A DNA stretch of 64,000 nucleotides from Flectonema sp. DT1601 (lineage: Eukaryota): assembly GCA_964019425.1 (NCBI GenBank), contig OZ025781.1, positions 558,001-622,000 of the forward strand, written 5' to 3'. Position numbers and translations under genes: made by a program. Shown here in pieces: positions 21,454-35,171 of the stretch (within the stretch, counting starts at the first letter, position 1; each line of letters opens with the position of its first letter). Under the pieces are notes generated by a model. The model saw only the letters and a list, made by a program, of their open reading frames with translations, was not told where the DNA came from and did no database searches.

Positions 21454-24400
21454 ATGATATCTCGAGTTGTAGTTACCTACTTAATAGCAGGATGCTTAAG
21501 GACTGTGTGGGGTCAGCAGAATGAGTGTGTTACCTTAGCAGTTCCGACTATCTGTAGATTGAATTCACAATTGTGTTTCGATGCTGATATTAATACAGCG
21601 TCATCTTCAACATGTCAGTGTCCGTCTTATTTAGGATTTCAAAACGCAGCCACTCCTTGCACTCAAACAGCAGCATGTGGTGGTACCACAACATGCAGCG
21701 CAGCTAACCAAGCTTGCTTACCGGATACAACTGGTGGTACTGGTTTTGAGTGTGGATGTATTTATCCAGACTACTGTGCTTCAACTCTTAACGCTGCAGC
21801 AACACCAAGACGTGATGAATGTATTGTTCAATGTCCAGGATGTGCTGACACAGGAAATGGAGTTGGCAACTTATGTAATGTTGGAGGTCAAGTATGTGTT
21901 GATCCTGACCACACTGCTACAACTAATTATAGATGTGAATGTCCTTACCCGTCAACTGGTACTGCTGGTGCACAAGCTCTTGCAACATGTACACACGCTG
22001 GTTCAGAATGTGATGCAGGAACACCTCTTAATAGTGTTACTTGTACATCTCAGGGTCAGAAGTGTATTGATATCACAGTTGGGAACATTGCAAATGACTG
22101 GAAGTGTGTCTGCCTAACCAGCTCTCAACAATCTGTGATGTCAGCAGTTGCTGACTGTCAGATTGATGAATGTACTGCTCGTTGTCAATCATGTGCCTGG
22201 AAGAATGGAATCTTTTCAAATGGAGGAGGAAATGTTTGTCAGAGATTTGGTCAATTTTGTGTCGATCCAAACAAGTCAAGTACAAGTTTAAATGATTGGT
22301 ATTGTACCTGTCCTCAGGGATCATCTGCTACTGCAGCTCCTATTCAAGAACCTTTGTTTTGTATTCCAACTGCAACAACAGACGACTGCAGAACCGCAAC
22401 TAACGGCATCTTCTTACAACGTTGTCCAGCTGGTCAATATTGTGTTGATCCAACACCGGCTACAACAAATGGTGATTGGGAGTGTAGGTGTTTACCTCCT
22501 TCAAGTGGTACAGCAGTAGCAGGAGCAGCAGCAACTTGTGTATTAAATGAATGTATGCAGGAGAATAAGGGACTTCGATGTCTTGCAATTGGTCAGACTT
22601 GCACTGAAGTTGGAACTAACCCGAGCACTGCTGCCCACTACGATGACTGGTCATGTAATTGTGTTGCTCCAATGACTGGAACAGGTGCTCAAACTGAAGC
22701 AACTTGCACAATGACGGGTGGTGGTGCTGCAGGAGATTGTGACGTCGCTGGTTGGCAGTGTACTAATGTTGGCCGGGCCTGCACTGCTAACGGACCAGTG
22801 TGTGCATGCCCCGCTCCACTCGTTCTAACTGCTGGGGTTTGTGTTCTTGATGAGTGTACCATGTTCGGTTCCATCTGCACTGGCCTGGGCCAGCTCTGTA
22901 CTGATCCGATACAGACAATTGAAAGTATGAATGATTGGTATTGCTCATGTACTCCACCTGCTTACGGAGAACGTGTTGGAAACTACGTCAGGGGATGGTC
23001 TTGTCTTCTTGATGAATGTAACTCTGTTTGTGATACCTGTCCTCAGAATACTACAAATGGAACTCATCTTTGTCACTCATTTGGTCAAACTTGTTCTGAA
23101 GGATCTCAATCAGTAGATTACGACTGGGTGTGTGCTTGTTCAGGAGATGTGAATGTTATTACGGGAACAGCAACTAATGGAACAGCTAACTGTTCTTTAC
23201 CAAATCCTTCTACATCTGAATGTGTACAAAGAGAAAACGTAATGACATGTGGAGCTAAAAAACAAGCTTGTGTCGATCCGTCGGCTGCTGCTGATGACGT
23301 CACATGTGCGTGTGTTGTTGGAACTGCGAATACTGCCACCCCACCTAGTTGTGATCTTGATGAGTGCGCTGACACCACAGCACTTCCATTTACGACTTGT
23401 GCTGCTGCTGGTCAAACATGTTCTGATCCAAACCCTGATGTTAGTTCAATGGGTGATTGGACCTGTAGTTGTATGTCCCCACGTGTTGGCACCAATACAG
23501 CCGCTGCTGCTACAAACTGTGACGTCTACGACGAGTGTTTGGTCGTAGCAAAAAGAGATATTTGTCTAAATGCTGGTCAGATTTGTGTTGATATCATGAA
23601 AACGGACGCCGTAATCGGAGATTGGCAATGTCAGTGTCCACATGATACAACACAATTTACAGTAGCTGCTGCAGCAACTTGTACTTATGCAGGAGCGCAA
23701 TGTCTCGCGAACTCAGCTAATTGTGGTGCTGCAAAGTACTGCAATGACATAACAGGACCACCTGCTAGTTACGAATGCTTATGCCCAAATCCATACACGG
23801 CTGTTTCAAGTATGGCTGCTACGCCTTTGTGTACTTTTGATGAATGTATGGCTGGGACTGCAGCTAATACTCGATGTGCTACTGCAGGACAGACATGTGT
23901 GGATACAGACACAGCAATCACAGCAATGAACACGTGGGAGTGTCGCTGTGTTGCTCCACAGGTAGGTTCAAAACCTGCTGATGTAGCAACCTGTGTGCTT
24001 GATGAGTGCACTCAGACACCTAATATAAAATGTCCTCTAATTTCTCAAGTGTGCTCAGATCCTAATACTTATGTTTTGAATACTTGGATATGTATTCAAA
24101 ATATTTCTCACCCACTAGACGAGTGTACTGAAAACAGTAACGTCAATAACGACACCTGCGCTGCAGCTAATCAAACGTGTGTTGATCCAAATACGAATGC
24201 AACGTCAACTGATGACTGGGCATGTTTCTGTTTAGGTCTTAATAATGCAGTAACTACAATCTCTAATGTCGGAGGAGTAGTGGCATCGTGTCCGAGTCCT
24301 ACTGCGGCACCTGATACAGCGGCGCCACCAACACCAACACCAGTGACGACTGTTCTGGATGAGTGTGCTGCTTCACCGTGTGGATCACAAACGTGTAATG

Positions 24401-26823
24401 ATCCGGTTAAAACAACAGCATCGTTGAATGATTTTATCTGTAGCTGTACGAATGTTCCACAGGCTAACTCAAATGCAGGCAGTCCTGCAACTTGTGATGA
24501 ATGCGCTGACAGCACAACCAACGTCAGTCGTTGTGGTGCTGTTTCAGTCACGTGTACGGATCCAAATCCAACCGACGCATCTTTAAATGATTATGTCTGC
24601 TCCTGTCCAACTGGTGGTAATTCTGTTGGAACTGTTTGTACGGTAAACGAATGTACTGCCAACCCATGTGGAAACCTTCAAACATGCACAGAAAACTCAC
24701 TTCAGATAACTGGTGATTACAGGTGTGAATGTTTTGGTCTTTGGAAAATTGGTGGTTCTGTAGAAGGTATGTTTTAATTAAATACGATTGGGTTTTATTG
24801 ATTATTAAGAAAACAACAGCAACAACAACAACAACAACAAACAGGATGTGATACGTACGACTATTCTCTAATGTTCCGCTTTGAAACAACACAACCACAA
24901 GCAACATATAACGCAACGAAAACTATTGCTCAGATTGTGAATATAATAAACTTTTTAGCTGATGGAAGCACGCAAGATACAATGGTAACACCTACAGGAT
25001 GCAGAACTTGTGCTTATGTTACAGCTGCGAACCTGAGAAATGAATGCGTTCAGTTTGGAGCAACGTTGGCTTCTCTATGTAAGATAAACAGTACTTCTGT
25101 TGTTTCGAGAGATGTGAGTATTCTTCAAGCTGCCGGTACTGGTGTTGGTGTATTTGAGTTGATCGGATCCAATGAAGCAAAAGAAAACTGGAAGGACGCT
25201 CTGTTCAGAAGTCAACCGGAATTGCAATCCGATCCTGCTGTTGCTGCTCGTCCTGGAAGTTTACAGTTCTTCCCTATTGGCGCTGCTACTCCATCACCAG
25301 CACCACTTGTACTCACACCGCCATCAAGCAATGATGACGGGTTGGAGTGGTACGTTATATTATTAATCGTGTTGTTGGCGTTGTGTTGTCTTATTATTAT
25401 TTGTTTTCTAATTATTAGATATCGTAAAAAGAAGAGAAAGGAGAAAGAAGAAGTTGACAAAGAAATGAACGAACGTTCAAACACCAACCACATCGTTAAA
25501 GTAAATGACAGCCAAGAAGATAGACTAGTACCTGGTAGAATAGGACATGCCCCGACAGTGACACAAACAAGTAGAGATTCAAGTGTCAGTGGTATCAATC
25601 CAATTAATCAAGAGTTTCCAGCACCAGTACCAGCACCAGTCCCAATAGCCACTCCAGTTAAACAAGACTTCAGCCCTGCACTGTCATACAGAGATGTGAG
25701 CCATCAACAGAGACGCACTAGCGTCATTGCTTTTGGAAGACACAAAGAAGGTCAACTAGGAATTGGTGAACGACCTCTCCATGATGCCGCACCAGTAGAA
25801 GTTCCTGATTTAAATGATATTGGAATTACTTCTATTTCGTGTGGATCATTTCATACTGTGATTCTACTGGTTGATCATACCCTACTCGCATGTGGTGAGG
25901 GTGGTGATGGTCAACTTGGATTTGGAAATACTTTATCAGTTTCTATTCCAACGCAGATTACTTTCTTCAAAGGTAAATCTCCAACTCTTGTTGCATGTGG
26001 TGAGCAACACACTCTTGTAGCGTGTAGAAATGAAGGATTGTACGTGATGGGTTCTTCAGCTGAAGGTCAGTTGGGATTAGGTGATCATTCCACGAGACTA
26101 ACACCAACTTTGGTTCCAATGTTTCAGGGAAGAAGTATTGAATTAATGGCATGCAGTCATCATAGTATTGTTGTATCACAGGGATCAGTATTCGTTACAG
26201 GTTGGAACGAACAAGGACAACTCGGATTAGGAGATGATCACGATCGCAATAAATTTACTGAAATAGAGTTTTTCAGAGGAAAGCGAGTCAAGTTCATCGC
26301 AACTGGAGTCCGTAATTCTGTTGTATGCACCACTGATGGTCTCTACACTTTTGGAGGAAACAGTTACGGTCAGCTTGGTCTTGGTCATGCTGTACGTGAA
26401 CTTCACCCAGAAAGAGTTACGTTCTTTGATGATAAACAAATCCTTGGTATTTCAACATGGTTCCATACCATGGTTATATGTAAAGACGCTTTGTATACTT
26501 TTGGTGAGGGTGAATTCGGTAAACTAGGTCAAGGAAAGGAAGATCCAAACACGAACGATTTTCGTGATTCGTACCAACCAGAAATGGTACCATCCTTTAC
26601 GGGATCTGAGATTCAAAGTGTTATAGCTTGTAGTGAACACTCAGTTGTTGTTACTAATAGTGGTGTTTACATTTGGGGTAATGGTGATGCTGGGTCCATG
26701 GGACACGGTGATTTACAAATTACCCATCCACCTGACTCACGTGTACATGCTTTAGATAATTACGATGTCAGTCTAGTTAGCTGTGGTACTGATCATACTA
26801 TGGTTTACGCATCTTCGAAATGA
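21454..26823 (+). CDS. ~1760-aa type-I membrane protein: signal peptide, many EGF-like repeats, TM helix, cytoplasmic RCC1 repeats; exons 21454-24766 and 24845-26823
   Basis: Repeated DEC..C...Q.C.DP......DW.C.C. In-frame intron GTATGT..CAG at 24767-24844. TM WYVILLIVLLALCCLIIICFLII followed by RYRKKKRK. RCC1 motifs GQLGLG and CGxxHT. Confidence 0.85.
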
Positions 26824-27799
26824 TTTCATAATTTTCTTTTTCAGAACTTTTTTTTTTTTTTTTTTCTGCAGTGAAAACAATCATCCTATGAACAAAGTTA
26901 GTGAGCAGGGTATTAACTTTTCCCGGCCAACCAAGAGAAAGAATAAAAAAAAAAAAAAAAAAAAAACTTTTTTCCTTTTTTTATGATGGAAGTGGTTGAG
27001 TACAATCTGGCTGTATTCATTTTTTTATTTTTTTCATCTATCATTTCGTTGTTATTATCTATTTAGTCTGTAGTAGTACACGCACGTGAATCAAACCTAG
27101 TTTCTCTCTCGTTCCCCTTTTCCCCCTTTTTGTGGGAAATCCTATCTTTTTTGGTTTAGTTTGTTTCCCCCTTTTTTTTTCAAGCAAGTTTTTGTTACAG
27201 AAAACAAAAAAAAAAAAAAAAAAACAACAACAGTATTTCGGTAGACACTCGGAACAATCATACTATGTTAATCCTTTTGTATTGAACTACTATGAAAAAA
27301 AAAAAAAAAAAAAAAAAAAGTTCGCTATTTTCTTTTTGTCGGACGGTTTTCATTTATTCAATTTAATCGTAGCTTCGTAGTAGGGTCCTTGATCTTGTGG
27401 ATTTCGTTGAGTTTATTACTCATGATGTGTCTTGCTTTTCATTCTCTCAATTGCTATTATTATTCGTACAGAGCAAGGAAGATTGTTGTGAACGTCGAAT
27501 TCAAGAATGACTACAACAACAACAACAACAAAATAGCGAAATACAACATCTCACATTTCTTTGTATTTAATAACATTTCATTGCCTGTTCTTTAGCCATC
27601 CTCCTTTCCCCCTTTATATGTCTTTCTGTATATTTCCTTTCATTTTTGTCGTTATTTTTTTATTTTTTTTATTAAATAGAATTTAGAATCAATTATCCCT
27701 TTTTTTGGGCCACAGCCAATCTACTGGAAAAAAAAAAAAAAAAAAAAAAAAATCTCAAATAGTAGTAGTTTGAAAACTACTACTGCCTTCTTATGCATC

Positions 27800-27886
27800 G
27801 ATTCATCTAGACGGCAAGACGGTGGCCATGTAGTCGGCATCCGATGAATGAGTATGTAATAGCTCACCTGCCGAATGAACCGATCC
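27800..27886 (+). pseudogene. Degraded LSU (28S-like) rRNA fragment
   Basis: TAGACGGCAAGACGGTGGCCATGTAGTCGGCATCCG...GTAATAGCTCACCTGCCGAATGAAC resembles conserved 28S AGACAGCAGGACGGTGGCCATGGAAGTCGGAATCCG...GTAACAACTCACCTGCCGAAT. Confidence 0.8.
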
Positions 27887-28598
27887 CCCCTGCTACTTTT
27901 TATTGAGACTACCACAATAAGATTTCCTTATCCATCTTGAGAAAAAAATAGAACGGCTTGATTGCATGTTTTCTATGAGGTGATTTTTCGAACTTTATAA
28001 TTCAGGGCAGATTGATTCCAAGCATAGCCCCAATAAAGTAGTTTACTGATAATGTGCTGTTGGTAGTCTCGAAAGCCGAGTGATTATGTTGTGCGATCAA
28101 TTTCCTTTAATGATGTACTCAAGGTCGGAATAAGAAAACTGAAAGCCATTAGATACTCGCATTGCGAGTGTGTCTACAAAAAAAAAAAAAAAAAAAAACT
28201 TTCCTTCGTTGTTGCCAGAATTTCCAAGTCCCCCACTTTTTTTTTTTTTTTTTTTTTTCCCCTCCAAAAAAAAAAAAAAGTTTGTTATCGTCTTTTAGGT
28301 GTGACGAAATGAACAAGTCATAAACCTCTTAACCCTCACAGGGTGGCTACTATTGTTAATTGTTTATAATCAGAGAGTTGCTAATGAGGTGAGTCACAAT
28401 CGACTCTTTTTGATTGTATTCCTTACGCAACGTTGTCTCAGATAGTGTTCTTGTTATTTAGATTCCTCCTTGACTACAAGTAACTAAACCAATCTCCTAC
28501 AGGAAAATACATGCCGTACTAAAAAAGATTCTTTTGCTGGAGTTATCTTTCCATAACTTTTTTAAAAAACAAACAATAGGGGGCAGGCAATCAAAACG

Positions 28599-30821
28599 AT
28601 GGTCGGCAAGAAAGTAGTAAAGAGAAAGAAAGTAACCAAGTCAGCAGCAAAGGAAAAGAAAGAAGAAGTCGAAGCAGCTCCTGAGGCAGCCCCTGAAGCA
28701 GCTCCTATTATAAATGCTGATGAAGACAACGAAGGTGACAGTGACTATGGTGATTTTGAAGGAGGTGATGATGTGATCCAGGACGTATCGAGTAGTGAAG
28801 GAGGAGAACAAGGCGAATCCGACAGCTATTCCTCAGATGACGAGTTTGGAACCCTCACCAGAACTGGTGATATTCCCCTTCAATGGTACGAAGATGAAGA
28901 CCATGCTGGATACGATGTCGAAGGTAAAAAGATCATAAAACACACCAAAGACGCTCTTTCAAAACTTATTTCAAAATTCGATGATCCAGCTGAACTTATG
29001 ACCGTCTATGATAAATTAACTGGAAAGGGTCACAAACTATCAAAAGAAGATGTTGAATTAATACTTAGATTACAAAAAGGTCAATACACAGACCCAAACT
29101 ACAACCCTTACCCTGAAGCGATGGAATTTCAAAAGTGGAAACAAAACCCTTTTGATAAAGGTATGCCTAGCAAGGCGAGATTTCAACCGTCAAAACATGA
29201 GATGAGGATTGTTACTAAATTAATCCAAAAGTTGAAGAGGCTTGAAAAAATGCCACCTGAAGAGAAGGAAGACCCAAACGCTGAATATTTATTGTGGGGT
29301 GACGATAATGAAGAAGAAGAATTCGAAGACAGAGCTGCTCTCAGAAGAAGAAAGTTTTTAATCGGACCTCCAAAAGCAGAGCTTCCATCAACACTAGAGT
29401 CTTACAACCCTCCACTGGAGTATCTTCCAACTGAAGAACAGCGTGATGCGATTAAAGCTGAAAGACCAATTGATCAACCAGACTTCATAACAACAAAATA
29501 CGACTGCCTTCGTCACGTTCCATGGTACAAGGGAGCTTTAAGAGAAAGGTATCAGCGTTGTTTAGATCTGTATGCTTTTACTAGAAGGAAGAAGGAAAAG
29601 GTTGACATCGTACCAGATTCTCTTCTTCCTGATCTCCCAAAGCCAGAAGAACTCAGACCATACCCTCAGAAATTAGCATTCGTGTATAAAGGGCATACCG
29701 CACCTGTTCGTTCCATATCAGTTAATCATAATGGTCAGTATATCGCTACGGCTTGTGATGATCATTTTGCTCGTATTTATGAAGTAAACACTGGCAGACT
29801 TGTCGGAAAATACAATCTTAAAGCACCGGTTAGTACCATAGCATGGAACCCAAATCCACTTTTTAATATCGTAGCAGCAGCCAGTGATAAGATTATCCAC
29901 TTAATCGTAAACACTTCATGTGCGACTGAAGCTATTAATGAAGCCAGTGTGGAATACTTAAAACAGGGAGACAAAGAAACAACTGCAGAAGACTCAATGA
30001 AAATTGTATCAGAAATGTACGGTGAGGACGACGCTTCAGACCTGGATAAACAAGAAGACTTAGACGCTGATATTCACGATCCAGATGCACCTGAGAAAGA
30101 CTTGGTTGAGTGGATTGAACAACAAGAAAGTCAAAAAAGAGGTATCGTTGTTAAGGCTGTCCACCATCACAAAATTGTTAACTTTGCATGGCATCAAAAG
30201 GGTGACTATCTTGCGACTCTCTGCCCACGTGATAAGATGTCGAGACAGATCATATTAATGCAAGTGACTCAGAGATCTAGTCTGTCTCCTTTTAAAAGAT
30301 TTAAAGAGAAGGTTCAAAGTCTTTCTTTTCACCCTACTCAGCCTTACCTCTTGATAGGAACTGCACGTACCGTACGTGTTTACAATTTAGTACAAAGTCA
30401 GTTAGTGAAGAAGTTGCGTGGTACAGTCAACAGCATTAGCAGTATTGATGCTCACGCTGGAGGTGATAATATTTTGGTGGGTAGTCATGATGGAGCTGTG
30501 ATGTGGTACGACATGGATCTCTCTGAAAAACCTTATAAAAAATTAAATTCACACAAGCAAGGAGTCCAATCTGTGAAATATCATCCACAGCCAACTGTTT
30601 ATCCTCTATTCGCATCCGCTTCTGACTCCGGACAGATTCACATTTTTCATGGTCGTGTGTATGATGATTTGACTAAGAATGCCTTCCTCGTTCCATTAAA
30701 AATCATCAAGGGACACAAAGTAGTGAACTCTGTTGGTATTCTTAACATAGCATTTCATCCAACATTGCCGTGGTTGTTCTCTGCGGCGGCTGATGGAACT
30801 GTTAAATGTTGGACAGAATAA
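28599..30821 (+). CDS. BOP1: Ribosome biogenesis protein BOP1/Erb1
   Basis: Acidic N-terminus; motifs GDIPLQWY...HAGYD, ESYNPPLEYL, ERYQRCLDLY and LPKPEELRPYP; WD40 repeats; FHPTLPWLFSAAADG. Confidence 0.97.
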   Translation: MVGKKVVKRKKVTKSAAKEKKEEVEAAPEAAPEAAPIINADEDNEGDSDYGDFEGGDDVIQDVSSSEGGEQGESDSYSSDDEFGTLTRTGDIPLQWYEDEDHAGYDVEGKKIIKHTKDALSKLISKFDDPAELMTVYDKLTGKGHKLSKEDVELILRLQKGQYTDPNYNPYPEAMEFQKWKQNPFDKGMPSKARFQPSKHEMRIVTKLIQKLKRLEKMPPEEKEDPNAEYLLWGDDNEEEEFEDRAALRRRKFLIGPPKAELPSTLESYNPPLEYLPTEEQRDAIKAERPIDQPDFITTKYDCLRHVPWYKGALRERYQRCLDLYAFTRRKKEKVDIVPDSLLPDLPKPEELRPYPQKLAFVYKGHTAPVRSISVNHNGQYIATACDDHFARIYEVNTGRLVGKYNLKAPVSTIAWNPNPLFNIVAAASDKIIHLIVNTSCATEAINEASVEYLKQGDKETTAEDSMKIVSEMYGEDDASDLDKQEDLDADIHDPDAPEKDLVEWIEQQESQKRGIVVKAVHHHKIVNFAWHQKGDYLATLCPRDKMSRQIILMQVTQRSSLSPFKRFKEKVQSLSFHPTQPYLLIGTARTVRVYNLVQSQLVKKLRGTVNSISSIDAHAGGDNILVGSHDGAVMWYDMDLSEKPYKKLNSHKQGVQSVKYHPQPTVYPLFASASDSGQIHIFHGRVYDDLTKNAFLVPLKIIKGHKVVNSVGILNIAFHPTLPWLFSAAADGTVKCWTE

Positions 30822-31381
30822 AAATCGATTAGTCTTGTTGTATAAAATAAATGGAATCATTGGCGAAAGTTTTGTTACGAAGTGTTATGCCTACCCTATT
30901 TTCCCATTTTTTCTTTTTTTCCCTTTCCTTTCTTCTATTTTTTTTTTTCTTTTCTCACCAATTTTTTTTTTCATCTTTTTATTTATCAATCATAGTGGTT
31001 ACTACTCATGCTTTTTTTGTCATGGTTTTTTTTGTTTGCAGAACGAAGAAGGAATTTTTAAAGAGAATAATGAGTAAAGAGAAACCAAAAAAAAAAAAAA
31101 AAAAAAAAAAAACAACTCTTTTTTTTCTCGTTTTTATATTTGTTATCAAAATTACGAACTCGGTGACACCCCTCCAGCTGATTGTCATATAGTAGTAAAA
31201 GTAAATGTTAAAAAAAAAAAAAATAAATAAAAATAAATAACCAAAATCTTTTTGTTAACCAGGATAACAATCACAATTGAACTATTGCACAACAAAGCAA
31301 CGCACGAATGTTGACAGCACATCTGTAATTCTTTTTCTTATTCTTAAACAGCACACAAATAGAACTACCACCGATGATTAA

Positions 31382-33539
31382 ATGAACAAAATGGTTGATT
31401 TGCAGGTTCCACTCAACGGAGGGGTGGGAGTGTCACCTGCGGTACCTCCATGGAGCAATCACATCCTTGAACACCAGCTAACTGAATTAGACCAGTTCAC
31501 ACCAAAGACAATCAATAAATTGAGCATACGAAGCCTAACTGACGATGTCAGACCTCCAGACAGGGTTCATCATGCTTCATTCGCAGAGGAAATCGCGGTG
31601 GTGGAAGAATACGGATCGTCAATCGGATCTCAAAGTGATAAATTTGGTAAAAATAAAAAACACTACTTAACAGTTCATAATAGTGAAAACGAAATTCCTT
31701 TACGAAGACAACGATCAAGGGAACGAGCTCAATCAGTCAGTGCTGTATTAAGAGCATCTGGTATTGACGTAGCTGGTCTTCGAAATGCATTCAGCGCTCT
31801 TGATGTTCAGGGAGATGGCGGACTTGAACGGTTTGAGTTCAGACGAATGTGGAAAGAAATCTTTCCACAACGTCCTCTTGATCAAGAGTCTTGGAAAACA
31901 ACCGAAAGAATGTTCAGTGAAATCGATTTTGACGGAAGCGGTGTCATTACGTTTGAAGAAATAATTGCATACTTAGAACAGAATCGACAAACTGAATTGA
32001 GACAGGGAAACGGTCCGACAACAATGAGACAATGGATTTGGGCATTCGCGGGAACAGAATCAGGACCTCCATCGACATCAGGAAGCATAAGAATACTAAT
32101 TTATATTTGGAAATTATTAGGTCAAGTTTTAATGATTGTAAACGTTACATGTCTGATGGTAGAATCAATGCCGGCTAGTCAACCGAATGCTGAACGTTTT
32201 TATCACTCAGATGCTGAAACAGATATAACTCGTACACTTCAAATAATCTGTAATATGTTCTTCTCAGTTGAACTTATTGGTTACTGCATTGGTTACCCTG
32301 ATAAAATAGTATATTCTAATGAGAGTCAAACTGATCACCATGATTCTGATTCAGAAGACCTCGGAGGAACAATGAAAACAATTCAAATAGCTACAGCACT
32401 TAATGATGAGGGAAACGTAAAAGTTATGAAATTCGCTTTCTTACTGAGATGGGAATTTTGGATTGAATTGGCCGCGTTGGTCGGTTTCTACATCGACTTT
32501 ATATCGTCGTCTGATGTCATAGAACTACGAGGCCTTGCTATATTCCGAATCTTTAGAATTACAACGGCCATCCGAGCCCTCCGCTACACCGGATTGTTCA
32601 AGACTAGGAACATTCCTGAGTTGGGAGCGGCTTTACGAAAATCGTTTATTTCTCTTTTATTTTTATTTATACTTTTAGCAACGTGTATATTTATTAGTGC
32701 TACATTGATCTTCTATGCTGAAACAAGAGATGCTAAATTTATGAATGGTAGTTGGTATAGATTAAATGATACAAAGTATGGCAGTGCTGCTGGAGCACGA
32801 ATTCAATTTCAGTCCATCCCTGAATCACTGTGGTGGGGAATAGTAACAATAACAACCGTAGGGTATGGAGATATGTATCCTGATACTTTCTGGGGAAGGG
32901 TATGTTTTTTTTTTTTTTTTTCTTTTTCTTCTTCAAAAAAAAATAAATTCCAATATATTTCAGGCCGTAGCTGCATGCACTATGTTCGCTGGTGTCGTCG
33001 TGGTCAGTTTTCCGATTACGATATTGCAGTCGACGTTTCAGGTATGTATTTTCTCTCAATGTGATGTGGTTATTAGAATCTGAAAAAAACAAAAAAAACG
33101 AAAAAAAAAACAGCAAATGGAAGAAGGCCGTTTAGAACGAGAACTAAAACTTGAGAATTGTAAAGAATTCTACGATGCAATAAAACAATGGTTAGAAACT
33201 GGTGCGAGGGTCACAAAAGATCCAAAGCTACTAAGTAGTGCACCGTCAAGTAGACGACCCACAGCAATGGGACCTATTGACGGAATGCATAACTTATCAA
33301 ATGGAAGTAGTGAACACATGACTACTTTATGTACTAACATTGAATCACTATTTAAGAAAACAATTAATCAGCTTGAGGCTGGAATGAGTGCTCGCTTTGA
33401 CAGGTTGGAATCTCGAATCTCACGCCTCGAAGATGTCATCGTTCGTCAGCAAGTCTCGAGTAATAACAGTGTTAGTAGCCCTAGCGGAAGCAATCAAAAA
33501 AAGTTTTTCATAAATCTTGAGGAGCCTCCTTTAATATAG
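31382..33539 (+). CDS. Voltage-gated-type K+ channel with two N-terminal EF-hands; exons 31382-32899, 32964-33041 and 33114-33539
   Basis: TTVGYGD filter, S4 LRGLAIFRIFRITTAIRALR, EF loops DVQGDGGLERFE and DFDGSGVITFEE. Two in-frame GTATGT..CAG introns supply S6 (AGVVVVSFPITIL) and a coiled-coil tail. Confidence 0.9.
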
Positions 33540-35171
33540 CTGGTACCCCCCGTATGATTGGCGTGTACAGAAGTTGCCTTAATTGTTCCGCATACCAGTA
33601 CACATAAAGTTGCCACTTACTCTTTTTTATTTCAATCAACAATTTTCTTTTTTTTGCTGCGTCAATTTCATATGTAGCCTCGACTCTCTTTTTGTGGGTG
33701 AATTATTGTTATTTATTATTTTTTTTTTTTTACAATTTGACGATTTTTATTATTTGTTAAATTTTCTGCGTTTTTTTTTTTTAAGTTGTTTCGTTCTTTT
33801 AGTCTATCCAAAGTCATTTTCCCCCCTCTCTTTTTCTTTTTGTGCAGTTAATTTGTTTTCTTATTCGCCTTCATCAAACTGGTATGTCAAAGATCTATTG
33901 GTCGCGATGTCGGCACTGCTTGCATCATTTATAATGAAGTACTCTTTTGCTTCTTAAAAAGGGGAAAAAAAAATAAAAATAAAAAAAATAAATAACTAGT
34001 CAGTTTTTTTAAGGTGTGTCAGGATGAGGAAATTTTCCCTCCCATTTTTTTTGTTTTTTCTTTTTTCCACCCTTAGTCACTGTATCTAAAAACTAATGCT
34101 AAAATTATCGTTATGTTTTTATTATGATACAACACAGTTGTGATTTTTTACGAAAATCGGAACATATATTTTCCCCTCCCATTGTTGTTCTCATTGAATA
34201 GCCGTTGTCATGTTTTTAACTATTTTAATATGTGGTTAACAAATAGGGCTTGCATTACTCCTTAGTTAGCTGTCTCATAAATTACTAATTGTTTATATTA
34301 GACAACTTTGATTTATTTATATCATCGTGAAAGGCTTAAACCGTTAACCCCCCGGAGGGAGGGGATTTCTCTTGTAAAACTAGTTTGGCTTTTTTTTTTT
34401 TTTTTTTTTTTAATTGTCAGATGGTGACTTAGTAGCGCTGCTGTTTGTTTGAAGAATGTCTTGTAGAAAAAAGAGTGGTTGAGAAGAAATTTCTTTTTAA
34501 AAAAAGAAATTAAATTCACAAGAGTTTCTTCTGATTTCACAACCGGAAGTCGGAATTTAGCTTTCCTGTATAACTAAGTTGATACGACATGTGTCGTTCG
34601 ACTTTTTTTTTTTGGTTTTTATGTTTTTTTTTCAAATGCTGACGGCGAGTGAATTTTAGTTTTTCTTTTCTTTTTTTTTTTGAGTTCCTTCATTTTTAAG
34701 GTTCTTAAGCATTCGATTGGGGAGAAAGTTGTCGGTTGCCATCTCTGTTGTTTTTCACAATAGTCCTTCCACCCTGTTTTTGGTTGAGATGCTGACTACA
34801 TCATAAGCATCGTAGGTGATTATAGCTACACACCTTTCCTGTCTCAGTTGGATAATGCTAAGAAGTCCCGTCAGCTATATTGAAGTTGTCGTGAAAAAAA
34901 AAATAGACTTCTGTCTGTTTTTTTTTTTTTTTTTTTTCCCCCCCTTCCCTTCTCCGCTTTCTTTTTATTATTATTATAAGTTTTATTATTATTATGCACA
35001 GCTTGGGTTGGGTTCAACCTAATCTCAGCTGATCAAAAGCAAATATATGATAGCCCGTCCTGACGAGCTCCGATGGACATGAAGAAATAGATTCTTTTTG
35101 AATAGACATTTGACATATCCGATTTATCAAAAAAAAAAAAAAAACTAGTGAAGTCCTAAAAGGGACAAATA

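Noticed and set aside
28031..28040. CAATAAAGTA, the reverse complement of the 3' end of euglenozoan spliced leaders
   Set aside because: Only 10 nt match; the adjacent sequence does not continue the SL.
35055..35100. Hammerhead-like CTGACGA...GAAA
   Set aside because: The required flanking stems cannot be formed convincingly.
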